NCBI GenBank assembly: GCA_965237955.1
Contig: OZ250169.1
Span: 5,312,001-5,376,000, forward strand
Source of the DNA: Candidatus Marinacidobacterales bacterium
Lineage (GTDB): Bacteria > Acidobacteriota > Vicinamibacteria > Marinacidobacterales > SMYC01
Direction of reading: 5' to 3'
DNA: 64,000 nucleotides
This document shows positions 9,873 to 19,705 of the stretch, one piece after another (the first letter of the stretch is position 1; each line of letters starts with the position of its first letter). A program made the position numbers and the translations under genes. The notes under the pieces were generated by a model. It saw nothing but the letters and a program-made list of their open reading frames with translations, was not told the origin of the DNA and did no database searches.

Positions 9873-10370
9873 TGTTTCGGTTCAGCTAGAACATGACAGT
9901 CCTGAAGTTAAAATACGCACATGGAAAAAGGAGCTGTCATGAGCAAAGGTCGTCGTCGTCACACTGCGGAGCAAAAGGCAGAGCTGTTGCGCCAGCACGT
10001 TGCCGAGAAAAAGCCGGTCTCGGAGGTATGCAACGAGGCAGAAATCCAGCCGAGCCTGTTCTACACATGGCAAAGGGAGCTATTGGCTGGAGCCCATACG
10101 GTGTTTTCGTTCCGTCGTGCGCCGAGCCGTGAGAAGGAGCTAGTCCCCTGGATCTTTGATTACTATACAAAGTTAGGCTTTTCGCCAGCCCATAAGATTC
10201 ATAAGATTCATGCACTTAGAAGGTTCTGATACAGGGGACCAGAGGGTTTCGGCAAGCTCTGCTTTATCTAGTTTGTTCTGATACAGGGGACCAGAGGAGA
10301 AGCTCTCCCGTCTCGAGGCGAAGGTGGCCCGTAAGGATCAGATCATCGCTGAGGTGACCGAAGAGTACGT
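9873..10370 (+). mobile_element. IS3-family remnant (left end plus OrfA), interrupted by a MITE
   Basis: TG-start end at 9873; OrfA from 9939 RRRHTAEQKAELLR..FYTWQRE; frame resumes after the MITE (LEEKLSRLEAKVARKDQIIAEV). Confidence 0.7.
10143..10291. mobile_element. IS630-type MITE-A copy with a 22-bp internal duplication of its right end
   Basis: Same sequence as 19190-19316 plus an extra GTTCTGATACAGGGGACCAGAG; left flank TA, right flank mutated to CA. Confidence 0.9.
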
Positions 10371-10374
10371 GATC

Positions 10375-11331
10375 TGCTGGCAGATGGCATGAACCCAATC
10401 AAGAGAGTCGAGAAAGAGGAGCGTTTCTCCGGTAAGCGGATCAGGGGGTGTGGTGAGCAAGACGCGGCTATCCTGGGTTTGGCTCACCCCGCCAACTCGA
10501 ACGGGAGCGCGGGTGAGGTAGCGGGCGAGTTTTTCCAGCCGCTGCGGCTCGTCGTCCCAGACGAGCTGCTCCGCATAGACCGAAAACACCGAAGGATTCC
10601 ATTGCAGCAACCGGTTCATGAACTCCTCGGAGAGACGCTCCGCGCGGTGTAGTCGCTCGAGCAAAAGGCGTCGGAAGCGCTCTTCGATATCTTTGAGGAT
10701 AGAGTTGGCCGGCTTGGGCAAGGGCAGAAACTCCCCCTGCGGGGTGCATCAACCACATCAGTTCGAAAACCCCCTCCATGACCAGACAATGGATGTGGGG
10801 GTGCCAATTCGCGCCGAAGGAACCAAAGGTTTGAATCGAAGACACCGAGCCGGGTCGGACGTCTGTGCGATCTAGAAGTTTCTGGAAACTCTTGTTGATG
10901 GCTTCGAAGGCTGTCTGGGAGAGAAGGCTGAGCAGGGAACGTTCTCTTTCAAACAGACCACGAAGCACTTTCGGAATGCTGAGAGTAAAGTGCCGATGGG
11001 GTACCGGTGCCAGGATCTCTTCTCTGAGTTTCTCGGCAAACAACCAAGAGCGCTTGGCCTGACAGGACGGGCAAAAGTTTCTCGATTGACAGGAGAAAGC
11101 AAGCAGATGCTCGTCCTTGCAGGAAGGGCAGCGAATCCGAGCGAAGCCTCCATGAAGTCGTCCACAATCCAAAAAGGCTTCTACCGTGGGTCGGACCACA
11201 CTTCGCAGCGGTCCCGCCTTGGGTTCGAACCGCTCCTCGTAGGCGTAGACGTAGTCGTCGAAGTGCTTCTCAAGCAAGCGGTAGAAGGCGGTTCGCTCGG
11301 GGTGCCGCGGTCGGTAGACTCCTAGCTCCAT
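10375..11331 (-). mobile_element. IS91-family (Y2, rolling-circle) transposase, frameshifted and truncated
   Basis: Zn-binding domain CGRLHGGFARIRC..C..FSCQSRNFCPSC, HUH motif WHPHIHC, LARYLTRAP. Confidence 0.85.
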
Positions 11332-11430
11332 ACAGGCTAGGAGTGACGAGTTTCAGGTTCGGAACCCCCTCCTTGAAGACCCATTTTTCGGTGTGACGCT
11401 CGGCTCAAAGGGGCGGGGGTCACGACTCAA

Positions 11431-12318
11431 ATGGCGTGCGAGCCTGCTGATGACGGCCGAGAGGAGCAGGTCGTTATCCATTGGGACTTGAAGCTCGCCA
11501 ACGTGAAGAGAAGACTCTCGGTAAGATTAAGGTCACTCCCGATGCTCGAGCTCTGGGCCACGGCCTGCTGGCTGGGAGCCACTGTAGACAAGCGCACGCA
11601 GCTCGAAAAAGACCTCAACCAGGTGCAGCAACTGGACCGCGCCCTTTTGCCGAACCTCCCACACGTCGACGGATGGGACGTCGGGCTCCACTATCGCCCG
11701 TCGCGACTCTTGAGCGGTGATTTCTACGATGTTCGTGCGGAAGACGATGGGCGTCTCACGCTCCTCGTCGGCGACGTCATGGGAAAGGGCATCCCGGCCG
11801 CGCTCCTGCGCACCGGGTTACAAAGCTCGCTCAAGGCCCTCGCGCCGGAAGTGTGCTCGCCCGCGAAAGTGCTCGAAAAGGCGAACCGCCATTTTCTCAG
11901 CAGCGCATCTCCGGGACGTCTCGCGACTGTTTTCCTCGGAGCGCTCGACACCGGAGGCGGTCAGCTGCGCTACGTCAACGCGGGGCATCTCCCACCGCTG
12001 GTGCGTCGCGCGTCGGGCGATTGGCAGGCGCTCGATACTACCGGGATGGTCCTGGGCGCGCTCGAGAACGTTCCGTACTCCGAGGAAGTGGCGACGCTCG
12101 AGCGAGGCGACTTGCTCGTGCTCTTCTCCGACGGGTTCACCGAAGCCGAGAACGGCGCGGGCGAAGTATTCGACGAGCGTCACGTCACGCGGTGCGTGGA
12201 CCAGCTACCCGGCGCGCCCGCGCAAGTGTTGGCGTCCAGCGTCGCCGAGGAGCTCGCCAACTTCGCGCCCGGTGAGCCGAGCGACGACCGGACACTCTTG
12301 ATGTTGAGGCGCACTTGA
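11431..12318 (+). pseudogene. Duplicated PP2C domain fused to unrelated upstream sequence (zinc finger lost)
   Basis: Identical to 5200..6054 from RTQLEKD onward; new N-terminus includes a kinase-like VIHWDLKLANVK scrap. Confidence 0.7.
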
Positions 12319-12697
12319 GCGAGTTCGAACGGATCGTCGATCAGCTGGAGCGAGCCTATCGAGGCGAAGCGTGGCACGGGCCGTCGATTCGGGAAGTTCT
12401 GGATGGCGTCGACGCGGATGCCGCGTCCGCGCGTCCTGTCTCGAATGGCCACACCATCAAGGAGCTCGTCGTCCACGTCCTCGTGTGGGAGAAAGAAGCC
12501 CAGGCTCGCCTCGCGGGCAAAGGCCGAGACGACCTGCCTCCCGAAGACACGGTGTCATCCAACATCACCTCTACCACGCCGGACAGATGGCCATTCTCAA
12601 AAAAGCGCTTACAATAGGTTGCGTCGGGAGTGGCTACTTGTGAGCGAGGAGCGGCGCGCGCGAGCGAGGGAGATTCTGCAATGCGCCCTGGCGAAAA
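11591..12697 (+). repeat. 1107-bp direct repeat, copy 2
   Basis: Matches 5327-6433; this copy continues into the interrupted kinase N-terminus (KKSDERTQFLRDAC). Confidence 0.95.
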
Positions 12698-12888
12698 AGT
12701 CCGATGAAAGGACGCAGTTTCTTCGCGACGCGTGCCAGAGCGATCCCACGCTCATCCCCGAAGTCGAGCTAGCGACACGGCCAAGGCAGGATTAGAGCCG
12801 ATGGCGCCGTGTGAGCACGTAGGCATTTCCCTACGCATCGTGAAGTTGGACATTACGTAAATGACTGCAAACATTACTACCTACTGCC

Positions 12889-12904
12889 CGGCACGCCGAT
12901 TGCA
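12889..12904 (+). promoter_or_regulatory. Sigma-54 promoter (-24/-12)
   Basis: CGGCACGCCGATTGCA, GG-N10-GC, matches the TGGCAC-N5-TTGC consensus; 12 nt before GTG 12917. Confidence 0.65.
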
Positions 12905-12916
12905 AAACGGAACGAC

Positions 12917-13480
12917 GTGAAGACGGTTCTCGATCTACTCAAGAAATACGACGATCTGAACGAAGCCAAGATCCGTGGCGGCGGGAAACTCTCGCCCGAG
13001 GATGAGGAGCGCTGGGAAGAGTTGAAGGTCGTCTACGACCTGCTCATGTTCCACTCCGGACTCACGAGTGAGAACGCAAGCGCCCCGTTCTCGCCTGCGG
13101 AGCTCCGCGAGACACTCGCCGATGAGACGCGACTACGGGTTCCCGTCGAAGCGCACGCGATGGTCGAGCACGAAGGCGGCTCCTTCGACGCTAATGTCGT
13201 GAACGTGAGTCGCGGCGGCGTCTTCCTCGCGTCCGAGACTCTCGCGTAGGCTGGCTCCCGGCTGACCCTCTATCTCGTAGGCTTGTCCGACGACGATGAC
13301 CCCGGCGACATGCTCGAGCTCACCGGCGAAGTCGTCTGGTGTGCCGAGGAGGGGATTCCCGAAGCCCGCATCCGGCGCGGCATGGGAATCCGTCTCGTCG
13401 ACGTTTCGGAGGAGACCGGCGAGCGTTTGGAGTCACTCGTCGTCAAGACGATCGAGAAACGACTCACCCGTTTCGGCTGA
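12917..13480 (+). pseudogene. PilZ-domain protein split by an in-frame TAG (13247-13249)
   Basis: RLRVPV..NVSRGGVFL * ..LTGEVVW..GMGIRL all in one frame. Confidence 0.75.
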
Positions 13481-13498
13481 CAGCCTGACAGGCTGACG

Positions 13499-14821
13499 CT
13501 ACCACGCGTTCACGAGCTGTTCAAAACCACGTAGCTCGATGAACCCCGGCTCTGGCACGACCCGCTGTGAGCGCAACGTTTGCGCCGACTCGGGGCTGCA
13601 CGTGCCGTTTCTCAAGAAGTAGAGCGCTTCGGCGAGCCGCGCCTCTTCAGGATTGCCGAGCGGCCGGTTGAGCCCGTCACGCATCGGGCAGTCGACCGGA
13701 AGACCGTCGTAGTACTCGCCATCTCCCTCGGCATTGACACCGAGGAACGAGACGGGGAAGAGCACTTTGTCGCAGAACTCGAAGCCGTACTGGCCGACCG
13801 GTTTTCCAAATGTTCTCCGTCCAACGAGGGTGACAGGGATGAAAGGCTCGAGCGCGTTGATCACTAGCTCGCTCGCCGACGCGGAGGACTGACTGGTAAT
13901 GACGACGAGTCGCGGCACGTCGATGGCAGCGGCTAGATCTTCGAAACGGAGTGCTCGGTTTCGGAACGACTGCTTGTCGTTGTGGATGAACTCGACGAAG
14001 ACGCGCGTGTTCGTGTGAACTCCGCCAATCAAGCTCCCGAGGTAGCGGGCGACGTCGATGAGGCCGCCGCCATTGTAGCGGACGTCGAGAATCACGTCGT
14101 CGACGCCTTGCTCATGAAACTCGGTGAACACGCGACGGAGCGCAGGGGTCGATGGCTCGACGAAATTTCTCAAGTGGACGTAACCCACGGGAAGTCCGTC
14201 GTTGTCGAACACCGCCGAGTGGGAAACCGTCGGGATCGTGTAGGGTCGTTTGACGACCGTCGCGGTGAGCTCGTCGCCCGCGATCGATCGCCACGTCAAC
14301 TCGAGGGTATAGCCCGGTTCTGACGGCCCGAGCGCAGCACCGAGCTCGCCGCTTGCGAGGAGCTCGGAAACGGGGCGCCCGTCGATGGCGAGAAGGTAGT
14401 CGCCGCGGCGAAGCCCGGCCTCGTCGGCGGCGCTTTCGGGAAAAACTTGCGCTATCCGCAACTCGCCCGGTTGCAGTTGCCGGGCCGTGAACCCGATACC
14501 GACGCTCTGGCTTGCCGAGTAAAACGCCGTGGACGCGGCGCGCGAAGTAATGTAGCTGAAGCGGTTGTCGATCGGGCGGAACCGCACGCGGTCCAGGTAG
14601 GCCTCGGGAGAATCGAAAAGAGCCGGATCGGCCTCCGGGAGCTCGCGGTACCAGAGATAGAACTCGTCGAGCCTTTCGCGAACGAACGTGTTTTGCCCGA
14701 CGACCGAGCAGTCTTGTGCGGGTGAGGGTACGGCGACTAGCAATAGCGCCAAGACGGAGAGGATTACGCGTGGACGATCGATGGTGTCCATGGTTGCCAT
14801 AGTGGCCATGTTGTCAGACAA
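13499..14821 (-). CDS. S41 family (C-terminal processing) peptidase with PDZ domain
   Basis: LDVRYNGGG, SASASELVIN, TFGKPVG; signal peptide. Confidence 0.9.
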   Translation of the reverse strand: MSDNMATMATMDTIDRPRVILSVLALLLVAVPSPAQDCSVVGQNTFVRERLDEFYLWYRELPEADPALFDSPEAYLDRVRFRPIDNRFSYITSRAASTAFYSASQSVGIGFTARQLQPGELRIAQVFPESAADEAGLRRGDYLLAIDGRPVSELLASGELGAALGPSEPGYTLELTWRSIAGDELTATVVKRPYTIPTVSHSAVFDNDGLPVGYVHLRNFVEPSTPALRRVFTEFHEQGVDDVILDVRYNGGGLIDVARYLGSLIGGVHTNTRVFVEFIHNDKQSFRNRALRFEDLAAAIDVPRLVVITSQSSASASELVINALEPFIPVTLVGRRTFGKPVGQYGFEFCDKVLFPVSFLGVNAEGDGEYYDGLPVDCPMRDGLNRPLGNPEEARLAEALYFLRNGTCSPESAQTLRSQRVVPEPGFIELRGFEQLVNAW

Positions 14822-15944
14822 TTCCGGTGATGTATTTGGCTTTCACTAGCCTCCAGAATACTACGAGAAACGCCGTCAGCGGTATGGCGAGGATCATACC
14901 GGCGATGCCGTCGAACGCGGTACCCCAGAAAAACAGCGCGACGATGATCATGAGCGGGTGGAGGCCGGTGCGCTCGCCCATGACCTTGGGCGTGAGGTAG
15001 TAGCCTTCGATCAGCTGCACGACCACGAAGACAGCCATCACCAGCCCGAGCCGGGCCGGGCCCCCGTCCGCCTGGAAAAAAGCGAGCGGGAGTGCGATCG
15101 CGAGCCCGAGCATGCTGCCGAGGTAGGGGATGATGTTCAAGAATCCCAGAAGTAGACCGATGATGAATCCATGCTGCAGTCCGACGAGCGCGAATCCTAT
15201 TGCAAAGAGAAGGCCCTGGCCGAGAGCGACGATGAGCTGACCGCGGAAGAAAGAAACGATGATGTTGATGAATTCGCGAACGAGGTAGACGACGTCCTTC
15301 CTCGTGTCTTCCTTCAGAAAGGGTAGAAGCTCCGCCCAGTCCTTACGCGGAAACGGCGGGGTCATCAGAAAAAAGGCGAGGTAGGCCGGGAGGACGAACC
15401 AACTGAGTGCGGCGGCGACGCTCCGGAACGCGCTCGCGCCGGCGGAAAACGCCGATCGAGTCATGCTGCGGACGGCGTTTACGATCGAGTCTGCTTCCTG
15501 GGATAGGAACTCCTGGACCCGTCCCGCCATTCCGTATTGGTCCCAAAGCTTTTCGACTTGGGGCCAGTGGGTCGCGACGAAAGCTTGCGCTTGGCTGGTC
15601 AACTCGGGAAGCTTTCGCGCCAGCTCGGTCAGCTGTGAAACGGCGAGCGCTCCGAAAAACCACAGGAACAATGCGAGCGGAAGAAGTATGGCGATGAATA
15701 CCGCGGCCACGGACGCGGCGGGCGGAAGTCGCATGCGCTCTTGAAAGACCTGTTGGACTGGTCGCACCACCAACGCCAGGATGACGGCGACGAACAGCGG
15801 CAGGAAGACGCTCGAGAACACCGCGACGAAGCGTGCGAACAGCAAGAACAGCCCAAAAACAACGAGGAGGATCACACCCGCGGAGAGCGCGGTGATCGCC
15901 ACCCCGACGGTGGCTGACTGACGGGGGCTGAGCTCGATGTTCAT
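14814..15944 (-). CDS. AI-2E family transporter
   Basis: Hydrophobic; RGQL, LNIIPYLG, QLIEGYYLTPKVMG, GLHP, GMILAIP. Confidence 0.9.
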   Translation of the reverse strand: MNIELSPRQSATVGVAITALSAGVILLVVFGLFLLFARFVAVFSSVFLPLFVAVILALVVRPVQQVFQERMRLPPAASVAAVFIAILLPLALFLWFFGALAVSQLTELARKLPELTSQAQAFVATHWPQVEKLWDQYGMAGRVQEFLSQEADSIVNAVRSMTRSAFSAGASAFRSVAAALSWFVLPAYLAFFLMTPPFPRKDWAELLPFLKEDTRKDVVYLVREFINIIVSFFRGQLIVALGQGLLFAIGFALVGLQHGFIIGLLLGFLNIIPYLGSMLGLAIALPLAFFQADGGPARLGLVMAVFVVVQLIEGYYLTPKVMGERTGLHPLMIIVALFFWGTAFDGIAGMILAIPLTAFLVVFWRLVKAKYITGIV

Positions 15945-17158
15945 CGCACGGTGGCGAGAATGCGCTCGCGGTTCAGGTAGAGGAGCGAGCCCAGAGCGTG
16001 TGCTTGAGCGATGGCGCCGTATGCCAGCGCGGCAGCGCCGAGGAGGCGGCCGAGCCAGGGGATGAAGCTGAACAGTGTCTGTAGGGCGATGACCATGACA
16101 GAGATCGCGATGAGGAACAAGACAATGAGCAAATAGTCTTCTTTGAGAGTCTTGATCGCGGCGATAACCGTTTTCGGTTCGAACGCCTTGGTGGTGCCTT
16201 GCCCGAGCAAGAGAAGTCCCAGGGCCATCGGCAGGTACGCGAACGACACCAGCGTCAGCGGTAACTGGAGAATGGCTCTCGCAGATGGGGGCGCGTAAAA
16301 CTGGATTCCGACCATGACCCCGGCGACGACGGTGGTGAAGATGGCGACCGGTATCACTTGCTCGCCGAGTTTTTTCAGATCGAGGTTTGGAGCGATGGCC
16401 AGTTTCTTCTCGCCTCTAATAGACGATGCCGCCACGTGCACCGCGAGCGCGAGCGCGACGAAGTACAGCGGGAGCAGAAAAATCGATAGGCTGCCGAGCC
16501 AGATGAGCGCGCCCAGCGCGGCGGCGATCTTCCAAGCGTTGTTTTCGATCGGGTAGCGAAGGATCTCCCGCCACCGCTCCCACGGGGGTAGCTCGGTGAG
16601 CCGCGGATCGGGATCTTGAACGGCGCCGTTACACGCGGGACAAAGCCGCGGCTGCACTCGAATCAACGTCTCGAGGCACTCTTTGCAATAGCTGCGACCG
16701 CACTTTTTGCACGTTCCCGCGGGAGCGTTCTGACGATGGTTGACGCACCGGCGCTGTATGACGGGGGTGAAGTCGTCGCGGAGGAAGAGTTGCTGGAGCT
16801 CGGGATGGTCCGATGCGGGATGAAACTCCTGCCCGTTGTCGGAAACGAGATCCCACGGCTTGACGCGGCCGTCCTGAATGCCGTGCTCGAACGCGTCCGT
16901 GCTCACCGTCTCCACACTGCCGGTCGGCAGACGTAGATGAATTCCGAGGCCGTTTTCCGACGCTCCTGCAGCTGGTAATGTCGAAACGGAAAGCCCGCCG
17001 GAATCCGAACCGGCGGTAGCGGTGTCCTCTCTTCGGACGAAAACCGAGACACCGCAACTTTGGCAGGTACGAGCGACTCCCTCAGCCGGCATCTCGGAGG
17101 CGTCGAGCAGATTCGCTTGCCCGCAGGCGGAGCAGTTGAACTCGAGAAAGTTTGCCAC
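15941..17158 (-). CDS. Membrane protein with N-terminal zinc ribbon, B-box-like zinc finger and C-terminal TM domain
   Basis: CSAC..CQSC; CVNH..CKKCGRSYCKEC..CPAC; about six TM helices. Confidence 0.7.
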   Translation of the reverse strand: MANFLEFNCSACGQANLLDASEMPAEGVARTCQSCGVSVFVRREDTATAGSDSGGLSVSTLPAAGASENGLGIHLRLPTGSVETVSTDAFEHGIQDGRVKPWDLVSDNGQEFHPASDHPELQQLFLRDDFTPVIQRRCVNHRQNAPAGTCKKCGRSYCKECLETLIRVQPRLCPACNGAVQDPDPRLTELPPWERWREILRYPIENNAWKIAAALGALIWLGSLSIFLLPLYFVALALAVHVAASSIRGEKKLAIAPNLDLKKLGEQVIPVAIFTTVVAGVMVGIQFYAPPSARAILQLPLTLVSFAYLPMALGLLLLGQGTTKAFEPKTVIAAIKTLKEDYLLIVLFLIAISVMVIALQTLFSFIPWLGRLLGAAALAYGAIAQAHALGSLLYLNRERILATVR

Positions 17159-17162
17159 GCGC

Positions 17163-17933
17163 TTATTGTGGCGGCAGGGTCGGGAGCTCGCGTTTTTGGT
17201 AGCCCGCCGGTACTTCGAACAAGCTAGCGTCGAGCTTATCGTGACTCACGCCCTGTACCAGCTGCTCGGACGTCACTTGCCCGTTTGAACCGAGGTGCCG
17301 GACATGCACGGGAAACCCGTCGGGCACGTTGTCTTGAAACATCCCGGCACTTCCCAGACGCTTCACCAAAGCTTTCATCGAGCTCTGCATTGCCATCATC
17401 GTGTCTTTGTCGCCCGACGGCATTCCTATCGAGCTGGCGTCGGCGAGACAAAGTTCCCGCACTTTCCGCTCGCGCCCTGATACGCCTCTACCCACTTACA
17501 CACGAAGCCACCGATCGAGTCGTTGCCTCCTCGCGGTTCGTACGCACCGGCTCTTCAGGAAGGGGCGGAAGCCCCGGCATTGTCTGACCTGAGCGGTTCA
17601 TCATCTTCATCATTTGCTCGCGCTGTTCTTCCGGCATCTCCTTCAAGCTCTCTTGAAGTTGGGCCATCATCTGCTGCTGCATTTGGCTCGCCTGGTCCAT
17701 CATCTCGCTGGCCTTTTCGGGGTCGAACTCCATGTACGACTTCTCACCCGGCTGGATGGCGTAGAACGTGTTGTCGGCCTGTAGAGCAAGAGCGTGTCGT
17801 CGTCATCATCATCAGTGCCCTGCTCCATACGGACTTTCCCGCTCGTGACCATGACGGTCTGGATTCGCGGCTTTCTGCCCGGCTCGGTGTGTTGGATGGA
17901 CAGGCGCGTGTCGGCGAACAAGGCCGTGGACAT
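17163..17933 (-). pseudogene. DUF4412-like exported protein, multiple frameshifts
   Basis: Pieces in three frames: GKVRMEQ, Met/Gln-rich helix, LDASLFEVPAGYQK. Confidence 0.55.
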
Positions 17934-18344
17934 GGAAATGCAGAGGCGCGGCAATGTCAATGTCAGTGCGAGCGTTCGCGTCAAGCTCACTGGGCTCACG
18001 TTGGTTCCCTTCCTGGACCCCCGATCGCGTGGATCCGTTGCTCTTATGTGGCTCTTATTGTGAGGTTTTGGAGGAAGAAAGCAAGTGCCAGCACATCATC
18101 ATGAAGGGTCCAGACGATGTCCTTGGTGGATGGCGACCGCTCATGCGGCCACTAGTCGAAGTTCTCCTTTGGGAGAGCGACGATCACTTTTTCGAACGGT
18201 GAATACCCGCCTCGATGGCGCTTTTGAAACAGCTCCCGATCTTTCATCGGTACCCCGTTTTCCCCGCAACGAGAGAGGCGGCCTGTCCGGCCGCAAGGCA
18301 CAGGCGTTCTCGTGTATGATTGGTTTAGAGGGCTTCCAAACCCG

Positions 18345-19190
18345 ATGGCTCGATTGGCTCACATCCGAAGCTGGGGCGTGGGGCTCGGGCTGTTGGTTCT
18401 TCTCGCCGGTAGTTTCTCCGTAGTGGCGGCTCAAGGTCGAGGCTGGTGGAACCGCGTCCCACCGCGGTTTGCGGAGCCGAACACCCCGTCGAACGACTTG
18501 TTCTCGTTTTGCCGCATCCTCTACGAAAGCGTGCGTCGTGAGCCTTCTGGCTATGGGTGGAACACCGACTACCCGTACTCCGACATCAATTTCATGACGC
18601 GTTTCTCGCAACTGACGACGGCGAAGATCCGTCGTGACGGCGATGGCATGCCCCAGCACGTGGTGGTGACGCTCTTTGACGATACGATCTTCGAGTATCC
18701 GTTCGTCTTCATGTCCGACGTCGGCACCGTTGGCTTCAGTCCAATGGAAGTCGAACGGCTACGGGACTACCTTGTCCGAGGCGGTGTCTTGTACGTGGAC
18801 GACTTCTGGGGAGAGCGTGCGTGGGAGCATTGGAAGCACGAGATCGGTAAAGTTCTTCCGCCGGATGACTATCCTATCGTCGACGTACCTCTCGATCACG
18901 TCATCTTTCGCACGTTCTACACGATCCGCAAAGTCCCGCAGATTCCGTCGATCCACTATTGGCGACGCTCGGGAGGGAGCAGTACTTCGGAGAGAGGGTG
19001 GGAGACCGCGGAGCCTCACTTCCGCGGTATCTTCGACGAGCACGGTCGGTTGATGGTGATCATGACCCACAACACCGACATCGCTGACGGTTGGGAGCGC
19101 GAGGCAGAAGAAGAAGAGTACTTCTACCGATTCTCGCTCAAAGCCTATCCCGTTGGCGTGAACATCGCGATCTACGCGATGACGCACTAG
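18345..19190 (+). CDS. DUF4159 domain protein
   Basis: WNTDYPYSDINF, LRDYLVRGG..DDFWG, HNTDIADGWE, GVNIAIYAMTH. Confidence 0.85.
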   Translation: MARLAHIRSWGVGLGLLVLLAGSFSVVAAQGRGWWNRVPPRFAEPNTPSNDLFSFCRILYESVRREPSGYGWNTDYPYSDINFMTRFSQLTTAKIRRDGDGMPQHVVVTLFDDTIFEYPFVFMSDVGTVGFSPMEVERLRDYLVRGGVLYVDDFWGERAWEHWKHEIGKVLPPDDYPIVDVPLDHVIFRTFYTIRKVPQIPSIHYWRRSGGSSTSERGWETAEPHFRGIFDEHGRLMVIMTHNTDIADGWEREAEEEEYFYRFSLKAYPVGVNIAIYAMTH

Positions 19191-19316
19191 TCCCCTGGAT
19201 CTTTGATTACTATACAAAGTTAGGCTTTTCGCCAGCCCATAAGATTCATAAGATTCATGCACTTAGAATGGTTTCGGCAAGCTCTGCTTTATCTAGTTTG
19301 TTCTGATACAGGGGAC
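19190..19316. mobile_element. IS630-type MITE-A (127 bp)
   Basis: GTCCCCTG...CAGGGGAC ends, TA duplicated (19188-89, 19317-18) in CTAG context. Confidence 0.92.
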
Positions 19317-19705
19317 TAGCGCGGCTGCCGCACTTTGATCCAGGCCGCCGGTCCTTCGCCCCTCCGCTCGCGCTCCTCGGAGAGCACCTCGACCTCGAGG
19401 CCTTCGGCTAGATCGTCGACGCTCCCGGCGGTATTGGCCTCGCCGAGCTCGCTGCGATCAACCCAAATGATGGTGTTCTCGGTGAGCTCGACGACGACCG
19501 GTCCCGTCTCCGTCGCCATCGTCAGCTGCCGCGCGTCAACATCGATCGCTTCGATGGAACCGATGCGCGCATATTCGCCCGAGATCCCCGGCGATTTTCC
19601 GATAGGGATGTATTGCTCCGTCGCCCGCTGGCCCGCGTCGGTTACGAGTGCGAGAGCCACGGCGAGCATGGTCAGGCTTTTTGTGTAGCGAAACTTCTCC
19701 TTCAC
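19316..19705 (-). CDS. Small exported hypothetical protein (OB-fold-like)
   Basis: N-terminal hydrophobic stretch, GSIEAIDVDARQLT..DLAEGLEVEV; overlaps the stop of the peroxidase gene. Confidence 0.65.
   Translation of the reverse strand: MKEKFRYTKSLTMLAVALALVTDAGQRATEQYIPIGKSPGISGEYARIGSIEAIDVDARQLTMATETGPVVVELTENTIIWVDRSELGEANTAGSVDDLAEGLEVEVLSEERERRGEGPAAWIKVRQPR

Noticed and set aside
13247-13249. Amber recoding or pyrrolysine use
   Set aside because: Single case; many genes here terminate properly at TAG and no pyl genes are present
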